From positions 6,291-70,290 of the IMG/VR virus record IMGVR_UViG_3300024299_000011: a stretch of DNA of 64,000 nt, one strand, 5' to 3'. The notes beneath the pieces are model-generated. The model saw only the letters and a program-made list of their open reading frames with translations, was not told the origin of the DNA and did no database searches. Shown piece after piece: positions 57,230-64,000 of the stretch (position 1 is its first letter; each line of letters starts with the position of its first letter). A program made the position numbers and the translations under genes. This DNA is from a virus.

Positions 57230-59059
57230 TAAAAGTAAATATAGATATTAATCAATTAAAGAATGAATTAACTATGATACACAATGAGCTATTTGCATCA
57301 ATAAACGGAACAGATAATCAACGAAGAGACGCTGTTAATCTTGTAGTAGAAAAGATACGTACTTTAAAAAACCAAATAGATAATATTGAGGTTATAGTAA
57401 AATAATTTTAACAGGAGATTTGAACGATTAAATATTATAAAGACAGACTGAAATTGTTATTTTTTGATTTGATTTGTTTATTAATTTTTACTTTATTAAT
57501 TATTGCACCGTTTTTTACGGGTTCTTAACAAAGGGGTTGATATGCAATTAATATGCCAAAGTAATTTTAACAGTAGAGAGGATTTATGGAAAACGAAGAA
57601 ATAAGAAAGATTAATTATCACGGTTGTCCTTCTTGCGGTGAAGAATTTTCTTATGGTGACAGTGTTCAGCATTTTAATGATAAATATTCAGAAGAAAATA
57701 AAAGACTAAGACGGTTGAGAACCAGAGACCGTATTATGGCAATTGGTGTTTACATTATCTTATTTACATTATACGTGACCAAGTCTTAATAAAGGAATAT
57801 ATGGAAATAGTTTTAAATTTTTTAGAAAATAATTGGATATGGTTTCTTGCATTTTTCGTTTTATTTATAGCTGTAAATATTTCAGCATTTAGTTTTAATG
57901 TAGAACTATATTTTATAACTATGTTTTTGAGCTGGGCCATATTTTTTATATGGTTAGGTTCGTTATTTTAACATTAGGAGAATAGGTGGAAAGTGATAAT
58001 TTTGAACCCATTGTAATATTTTTATTACTTTTTATATTGCTGCAACTTACTTTCATGAGATGTGGCGTTTAATTAACACAGAAAGCAGGTATTAAATGGA
58101 GACTAAAATAGTTAAAAGTACGGCTGGTGAGTATGCCATAAAGACAAAAAGATGGTGGCGGCCTTGGTATGCATTTTATCAAGAGCTTGTTTGTGCGGAA
58201 TGTTTTAGCGTTATAATATTTAAAACTTTTGATGAAGCTAAAGAATATGAAAAGAAAATATTAGAAGATCGTGTCTACATTACTTGGTCCGATGCGTGAA
58301 CTTAACAGGAGAGGTCATGGAACCTAAAAAAATTACAGCATCACTACACGTTTCAATGAACTTTAACTGTCCATATTGTGATGAGTATTTAGATTTATTT
58401 GATATTAGGCACATGAATGATGATGGTGAATTATGGAAGTTAATGAGTGCAGAATATAGGTATGACAAAAATCCATGGGAAAACATAAGCTCGGATGGCG
58501 AAGAATTTGAATGTCCAAAGTGTAAAAAAGAGCTTTTGTTGGACAAGCTAGAGTATTGAATGAACTTAACAAAAACGGTCAGAGAAAGGAATAAATTACA
58601 TGCCTTATATTAAACGAGACAGGAGAGATGTGATAAACGCCCAAGATATGAAGATATTAAGTTACGATGACATAGACAGTGCCGGAGAGATTCAATACGC
58701 TATTGCTGTTATATTAAAATCTTACATGGAACGTAAAGATCTTACTTATCAAAACTGTAACGATGTTGTGGGCGCCTTAGCTGGGGCTCAGATGGAATAT
58801 TACAGAAAGGTAGTTGGTCCTTATGAGAGCGAAAAGGAATTAGAGAATGGGTCAGTCTAAGAAGATTGGTTACTGTTGTGGTATAGATTATACCTGGGAA
58901 CTAGGAGAGGCTCTTGGTGGGGTTAAAGTGTACGCATCTGTAGAAGATCTAAAAGAAGATCATAAATGCTGGAAAGAATGTGGTATAGTAGAAGTTGAAG
59001 TTACTAAGACTAAAGTTATAGAAAAGGCTCGAAGACATAAAGGAAGTAAAGATGATTAA
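57226..59059 (+). other. Array of small hypothetical ORFs (57586, 58096, 58317, 58600, 58847 and several under 60 aa)
   Basis: Short ORFs with SD motifs, several with CxxC pairs or TM helices. Confidence 0.6.
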
Positions 59060-59771
59060 AAAAGATAAGTACGGAGCTGTGAGTCAAATACAACCTGACG
59101 GAAGCATGGAGGGTGGAGATTCAGCTGTATGGACAGGACATTATTTATATTTAACAGGTAGAACTACGCTTGGTCCCGGAGGATCTTACGTTAAGTTCTT
59201 TGAAAAAGAGCCTGGAAGATTCTGCAGACACCCACATCCTGAAATGACAAACAACGGGTTTGGGGCATCTATTGATGTTCTAAGTAGAGATCAATTTTCT
59301 GGAGTATTAGCTGGTATTATAAACGAGAAGAATTATAAAGCAATGGGTAGAGTCTTATTACAGCATTCCAAGCATTTATTTTTATTTTCGTGGAATTATA
59401 TAAAAAATGGAGTAGACCCAAAGACTGCTAAACGAAAAATGCCAGATATTACGGTATTTGATGTATGGGCAATGGAGATCAGAGCCTTAGGGAAGTTTGC
59501 TTGGTTATTATTTCCATTATTATGCATCTTAGATATTCACATGTTATTTAATACAATCCTGGTAAACACCGAAGACGATTACGATCAGATTAATTATGCA
59601 ATGAAACTTATTATAAGCAGAGAACATGTACCTACGCCGGTCAGTTACCTGTCACTTAAACTATTAAACCGAGAACATCTAATCAAGAATATCAAAGGCT
59701 ATTGGAACGGGTGGCGACATAACCCAGGAATGACCCCTTTATATGAAAAACGTATTATGGAGTTAGGATGA
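59052..59771 (+). CDS. Hypothetical protein
   Basis: 239 aa; GGDSA, RHP, SRDQ motifs. Confidence 0.65.
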   Translation: MIKKDKYGAVSQIQPDGSMEGGDSAVWTGHYLYLTGRTTLGPGGSYVKFFEKEPGRFCRHPHPEMTNNGFGASIDVLSRDQFSGVLAGIINEKNYKAMGRVLLQHSKHLFLFSWNYIKNGVDPKTAKRKMPDITVFDVWAMEIRALGKFAWLLFPLLCILDIHMLFNTILVNTEDDYDQINYAMKLIISREHVPTPVSYLSLKLLNREHLIKNIKGYWNGWRHNPGMTPLYEKRIMELG

Positions 59772-59965
59772 ACGATCATAGCGGATATGTAAAAGTATTT
59801 CAGGAAATCTACGATATGGTGAAGCCGATACTTGGGCAGGAGAAAGCTCTTAGTTGGATGCACGAAAAGAACCCCAATCTAGATAATTACAAACCATCTG
59901 ATTTTATATTAAGCGGAAAAGAAGATAAACTTAAAGAATATATTGAAGAAAGAAAGGGAGTTTAA
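59768..59965 (+). CDS. Stand-alone Xre/MbcA/ParS C-terminal (DUF2384-like) antitoxin domain
   Basis: ILG.EKA.SWM...NPNLD..KPSDFI..G...L..YI. Confidence 0.65.
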   Translation: MNDHSGYVKVFQEIYDMVKPILGQEKALSWMHEKNPNLDNYKPSDFILSGKEDKLKEYIEERKGV

Positions 59966-59966
59966 T

Positions 59967-60296
59967 ATGAAATCTCTACTCATACCCATACCAAAAGAGA
60001 TACTAGACAAGTTAGACGCGAAAACCAAAAATAAAATATTGAATACAGTCGATAGTACATATGCGTCTGGTCATAATGGTGGGGTATTTTCCTTTGAGGG
60101 TAACCATATCCCACCAGCAGAGCTGTACCCATCAACTGCCGAGATGACTCTTAACGTTTCTGCTTACATTTATAAAGCAATAACCAAAGATATAGAGCAT
60201 GACCGAATTAAGTTGCTGGAAAAAGAAGTCAAAGAACTTAGAAAATTAAAAGAATCAATCCAGACAATCAAAGGAGTTATAGGCGATGGGGCTTAA
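59967..60296 (+). CDS. Hypothetical protein
   Basis: GGGAG SD before MKSLL. Confidence 0.6.
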   Translation: MKSLLIPIPKEILDKLDAKTKNKILNTVDSTYASGHNGGVFSFEGNHIPPAELYPSTAEMTLNVSAYIYKAITKDIEHDRIKLLEKEVKELRKLKESIQTIKGVIGDGA

Positions 60297-60627
60297 TTCT
60301 GTAACTTTGAGGAATCTTAAAGAAGACCTATTAACCAGAGCTAACAGTCTGGAGTACAATCAATCTAAATATGCACCAAAGCACTTAACATTCCAGGCTC
60401 TGGCAGATAAATATAACGTTAACTGGGTTACGGTCAAAAGGTACAATACTAAAATGGGTCTACAGAGACCTGCTATAGATACTAAAAAACTAGATCACGA
60501 TATAGCCCTACAATTCCTAAATGGAGTAGAGATTGCTGAGAAATATGGAATAGATGTTAAAACTGTGTATAATCGAAAGAAGAAACTGGGTCTAGTAGTC
60601 CCTAGATCACCCAATACCCCTATATAG
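60286..60627 (+). CDS. Tandem HTH DNA-binding protein
   Basis: TFQALADKYNVNWVTVKRY and GVEIAEKYGIDVKTVYNRKKKLGL. Confidence 0.75.
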   Translation: MGLNSVTLRNLKEDLLTRANSLEYNQSKYAPKHLTFQALADKYNVNWVTVKRYNTKMGLQRPAIDTKKLDHDIALQFLNGVEIAEKYGIDVKTVYNRKKKLGLVVPRSPNTPI

Positions 60628-60816
60628 TAGTCCATAAGAGCTAATATCTAGCTTAATACCCCATTATAATAGTCCATAAGACAAACGAGGATCGTTTTTA
60701 TGGTATTTTTTCTATTAAGCCCGTCAATATGTACATTATCACGAAAAAAGGGCGTACCGAGCGATATACAGGCTTGTATGGTCCCACTAGAACCAACATA
60801 TATCCTGAAATAACCC

Positions 60817-60845
60817 TTGACATCCAAAATATAGTGTATTATACT
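60817..60845 (+). promoter_or_regulatory. Sigma70 promoter
   Basis: TTGACA, 17 bp, TATACT. Confidence 0.75.
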
Positions 60846-60850
60846 TGATG

Positions 60851-60912
60851 TGAGGTCGTTGAAACCCATCAACATTAAAGTTCTGGTCTGCGTAGGGGAA
60901 CCAGACACCTCG
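60851..60912 (+). ncRNA. Candidate small structured RNA/leader (three-way junction)
   Basis: TGAGGT/ACCTCG closing helix with GTTGA/TCAAC and TCTGGT/ACCAGA hairpins, starting at the predicted TSS. Confidence 0.45.
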
Positions 60913-60934
60913 TTTTATACACTAAGGAGATAAA

Positions 60935-61171
60935 ATGAACATGGAAGATATTGAATTTTTTGACGGAGATCTAATGGACTTTCTTCGCCTATTATCTAAA
61001 AACGATGATGGTTCCGGCGTAGGTGGCGTTAAAGTCATTACAGACGATATGGGCGATATTATCGTAGACGTTAAGTCTAATTTACACTTCAGAGCTGATC
61101 GCGAAGAAATGATTGCGTTTTATGATGTCATGGATCAAGTAAATGCCGTGAGGACAGACCAATTAAACTAA
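60935..61171 (+). CDS. Hypothetical acidic protein
   Basis: AAGGAG SD. Confidence 0.65.
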   Translation: MNMEDIEFFDGDLMDFLRLLSKNDDGSGVGGVKVITDDMGDIIVDVKSNLHFRADREEMIAFYDVMDQVNAVRTDQLN

Positions 61172-61281
61172 TAATCCTGTCTTTATTACTATCAGGATGT
61201 GTGTCTGTTAGTGTTGAGGTTCGCGAATGCGCTGTCTCAGAGGGTGGTCGCCAAGTTATCTGTCGAGTTAAAGTAAAATAG
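61162..61281 (+). CDS. 39-aa lipoprotein with probable ATT start (not in ORF track)
   Basis: GAGG SD, then ATT AAA CTA ATA ATC CTG: (M)KLIILSLLLSG|CVSVSVEVREC...; no in-frame NTG between the upstream stop and the ATT. Confidence 0.6.
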   Translation: MKLIILSLLLSGCVSVSVEVRECAVSEGGRQVICRVKVK

Positions 61282-61471
61282 CAGCAAGCTCATCTGTAGC
61301 GTCTTGAAGGCTATCTCCATAAACCACTATCGTTGACTCATCATCCAATATGACCCCGATCTCTACAACATAGTCCAAATGAGGATGTACGTAGTGTATT
61401 TCTAGGCTATCTACACTGTGGTGCGTATTTTCTAATATTTCATTTATTGTATATTCATATATTATAGCCAT
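61268..61471 (-). CDS. Hypothetical acidic protein
   Basis: AAGGAG SD; promoter at 61582-61609 on the - strand. Confidence 0.65.
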   Translation of the reverse strand: MAIIYEYTINEILENTHHSVDSLEIHYVHPHLDYVVEIGVILDDESTIVVYGDSLQDATDELAAILL

Positions 61472-61581
61472 TATAACTCCTTATTAAAAAGCAATACAGA
61501 CAATTCATCCTAGGGGCTGTACGCAACCTCTGCCTTGTTGTTTTACATCCTGAGCTAGAAAACTGGATATGTACTACGTAT

Positions 61582-61645
61582 AGTATACATTATTTATATC
61601 ATAAGTCAATTAATTCTTTACCTTTTCAGGATTATGTGTTATTCT
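61582..61645. promoter_or_regulatory. Back-to-back divergent sigma70-type promoters
   Basis: - strand TTGACT, 16 bp, TATACT (61609-61582); + strand TTTACC, 17 bp, TG-n-TATTCT (61617-61645). Confidence 0.55.
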
Positions 61646-61650
61646 GGTTA

Positions 61651-61840
61651 TGTTGTAGCAATGTGGAAAGCTGTGGTTACTCATCTCGGAGTTATAAATG
61701 CTGTAAGAAGCCGGGCCACTGGAGACATATTAGTTGCCGAGATACCATCAGCTGTCGGTCCTTTATGGCGATAGTTACGGTTTGATACTCGTCTGATCAA
61801 CGAGAAAGATGGGAGCCCCAGTAGCGCGGGGTCTACAACA
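61651..61840 (+). ncRNA. Candidate 190-nt structured non-coding RNA
   Basis: GC-enriched intergenic segment; termini TGTTGTAG/CTACAACA pair; long internal helix and further hairpins; promoter directly upstream, T-run downstream. Confidence 0.65.
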
Positions 61841-62002
61841 TTTTATATGCAGTATAGTGCATATTATTGTGAGTATATAATGTAGTATAGTGCATAAAAC
61901 GTATCTCATTATGTACATTGTATAGAATGCGTTACAGTAACAAAATAATGTTAGGATGACGGAAATAGTGTATTAACTTGGATTTACTCTAAAAAAAATA
62001 TA

Positions 62003-62302
62003 ATGGAGATTGAATTAATGAAGTATAATAAAAAAGTAAAGTATGATGTAGAGGAGATATTAATGTTGGTAAACGACTTTACTGAAGAGAAGGGTATAAG
62101 TCCTACTCATTGCTATTATAATCCAGTATTTGTGGATGTAGATCACATGTACCGTGAATACGAGTGTCTAGCTAAGTATTCTAGCTCTGTAAATCAAAAT
62201 ATGTTAGGAATTACTGTGTTTCATGTGTATGGAGTTAACTTTATCGAAGATGTTACATTGTCGGACCAATTAAACATAGTTGCAATCAATGTTATTGAAT
62301 AA
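62003..62302 (+). CDS. Hypothetical protein
   Basis: 99-aa ORF flanked by a direct repeat. Confidence 0.5.
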   Translation: MEIELMKYNKKVKYDVEEILMLVNDFTEEKGISPTHCYYNPVFVDVDHMYREYECLAKYSSSVNQNMLGITVFHVYGVNFIEDVTLSDQLNIVAINVIE

Positions 62303-62532
62303 ATGATGTATTAGTTTAAATTTACTCTAAAAAAATATAATGGGCGTATATTAGATAATACACTCTTTTAAAATGGTGTCATATGTTCTCTTCCCCTCAC
62401 AGAGGTATTTATAATAATAAAAGGGGTCCTACCCCCTACCCCCCCCCATACCCTTATCCTGCCATACCCATACCAACACACTGTCTCAATCTGACACACA
62501 TATATTTATTTTAATTATTTACATTAAAACCC

Positions 62533-62560
62533 TCAAGTTTTACAATCAAACAACCGAGAA
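62533..62560 (+). promoter_or_regulatory. Sigma28 (FliA)-like promoter ahead of early-type genes
   Basis: TCAAGTTT-N12-ACCGAGAA versus consensus TAAAGTTT-N11-GCCGATAA. Confidence 0.5.
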
Positions 62561-62603
62561 GTAATCATGTGGCAAACAAGCCAACCAACCAAAGGGGTAA
62601 CTA

Positions 62604-62813
62604 ATGCACATTAAAGCTACAGTTATAAGTATAACAGACAATAATGATCCAAACCAAAACGAGTTCTATGACATGGGGTTCCACGATCACCGATACACTA
62701 TCACACTAGAACTTCCAAAACAATACACGAATAGTCCAAATCACACTAAAACAATCGAGACTGACGATATCAGTAGTTATAAATTAAATGATACAATAAA
62801 CATTTTAAACTAA
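62604..62813 (+). CDS. Hypothetical early protein
   Basis: AAAGGGGT SD. Confidence 0.6.
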   Translation: MHIKATVISITDNNDPNQNEFYDMGFHDHRYTITLELPKQYTNSPNHTKTIETDDISSYKLNDTINILN

Positions 62814-62833
62814 AACCAATAAAGGGGTACAAT

Positions 62834-63166
62834 ATGAAACAGTATACATTATTAGATGCATGCATTAGACACGGAGCTACTAATAACAGACTCACTAGAT
62901 TAGCATGTGACTTAGTTGGCGCTGCATGGGACTCTCAAGTATCGATAACAGATCATGATAATGGTTTGACAACCATAATAGGGCGCTGTAGCCTTGACAA
63001 CAACCACCACCACTTAATTTGGTCTAAAATCTATATAGATCAAGTAGACACTAACAAAAAGCCGTGTGGCGTATACTTAGTAGAGGAGCTGAAAAGACGG
63101 CTATTAGACTCCGGCTGGTATCGAGATGGACTAAAAAGAGCTATTAAGTTGAATTTAATTAAATAA
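62834..63166 (+). CDS. Hypothetical early protein
   Basis: Preceded by the repeated 23-bp leader. Confidence 0.65.
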   Translation: MKQYTLLDACIRHGATNNRLTRLACDLVGAAWDSQVSITDHDNGLTTIIGRCSLDNNHHHLIWSKIYIDQVDTNKKPCGVYLVEELKRRLLDSGWYRDGLKRAIKLNLIK

Positions 63167-63195
63167 TATAACTAACACCAATAAAGGGGTACAAT

Positions 63196-63567
63196 ATGAG
63201 AACACGAAACATGATATTAAGTGATATAAAGCGTTTTACAGAGTCATTGCAATACATTCAAGAAAGGGTAGACCAGATCAATACCCTCCCCAACGGGCCA
63301 TTCAAGACCGAACTACTCGAGGATTATTCACGTGACCTTGAGAGAGACCAGAGCAATCTAGATCATTGGACTAATGAGCTTGAATTATTCGATGGCACTA
63401 ATGTAACTGATATTCCAACTAGACTAATGACCAAGTTAGATCAAACTAAGATCCAGCACGCTTTAAAGAACCTAGTTGAGACGTTTGGCCAAGACGCTGT
63501 TATAAAGGCAAACCAGTCAATGAAACTCACAAGACGTCAATCTAAGACACTTAAGAAGGCGGCATAA
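63196..63567 (+). CDS. Hypothetical early protein
   Basis: Preceded by the repeated 23-bp leader. Confidence 0.65.
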   Translation: MRTRNMILSDIKRFTESLQYIQERVDQINTLPNGPFKTELLEDYSRDLERDQSNLDHWTNELELFDGTNVTDIPTRLMTKLDQTKIQHALKNLVETFGQDAVIKANQSMKLTRRQSKTLKKAA

Positions 63568-63665
63568 TATGTTGCAAGCATTTATAAAGATATTCAAACA
63601 AGGCCCCATGACACGGGCTAAGTACTTTAAAACAAACGTCAAACGACCACTAGAGGGGCTATAAC

Positions 63666-63836
63666 ATGATTAAATATATTATAACAGACTGGGCGAGTAA
63701 TGAGATTAGATTTAATAAGTCAATGAGAGACTTCGATACGTTTCTTGATGCTGAAGACTATTTATCAGAGCAGTTAGGTGATTCTTATGAACAAGATAGA
63801 GGAGAGTATTATATTATAGAAATAGAATATAACTAA
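63666..63836 (+). CDS. 56-aa hypothetical early protein (not in ORF track)
   Basis: GAGGGG SD; MIKYIITDWA...DRGEYYIIEIEYN. Confidence 0.6.
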   Translation: MIKYIITDWASNEIRFNKSMRDFDTFLDAEDYLSEQLGDSYEQDRGEYYIIEIEYN

Positions 63837-64000
63837 GAAAGGACTATAACATGGAAACAATAATCAAGGTAACAATGACTATAGTAGTAATATCCTGCAT
63901 TTATATCAGCATTGACACGCTACAACGCATCAATAGTGGCATTATTACAGAGGTTGTATCTAATGACTAATGTACCTGAATTACAGCAACGAATCATGAT

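Noticed and set aside
57408-58571. True integron cassette array
   Set aside because: No integrase and no complete attC inverted repeats; only the short motif, reported as a finding.
60648-60908. 86-aa - strand ORF
   Set aside because: Overlaps a clear + strand promoter and structured leader; no convincing SD.
61661-61774. 37-aa ORF inside the 190-nt element
   Set aside because: No SD; extensive pairing and complementary termini favour an RNA function, though coding is not excluded.
1-64000. Stop-codon reassignment
   Set aside because: Long genes are intact under the standard code; TAA, TAG and TGA all end genes next to the following start.
1-64000. CRISPR array or diversity-generating retroelement
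   Set aside because: No regularly spaced repeat-spacer array, no reverse transcriptase and no TR/VR pair seen.

Overview
The window is a low-GC segment of a tailed dsDNA phage genome with a podovirus-like virion module; no bacterial housekeeping genes are visible. Layout: (1) 1-11.9 kb, + strand: nucleotide metabolism and lysis-type genes, including a ribonucleotide reductase with a Gln-terminated LAGLIDADG intein, an SF2 helicase, ThyX with an HNH intein, dUTPase, an HNH nuclease and a trypsin-like protease. (2) 11.9-48.9 kb, - strand: virion module (ejection proteins, nozzle-like and adaptor proteins, two fibres, major capsid, scaffold, portal, terminases), interrupted at 32.0-35.1 kb by a + strand block with an M15 endolysin and an inorganic pyrophosphatase. 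(3) 49-62 kb, + strand: accessory genes including an S8 protease, a zinc-peptidase lipoprotein, an RNA-repair set (Pnk-type kinase, Rnl2, phosphoesterase-Rnl1 fusion), an AAA ATPase and an orphan antitoxin-like domain. (4) A probable genome end or origin near 62.4 kb followed by early-type genes behind a sigma28-like promoter. The most unusual signals are at the RNA and translation level: several genes, including the major capsid, appear to start at ATC/ATT codons; four genes look leaderless; a 13-18 bp late-promoter motif occurs six times; and there is a tRNA-shaped RNA with all three loops enlarged plus several other structured RNA candidates. Product calls come from motifs and synteny read by eye, and RNA folds from manual pairing; no searches were run.
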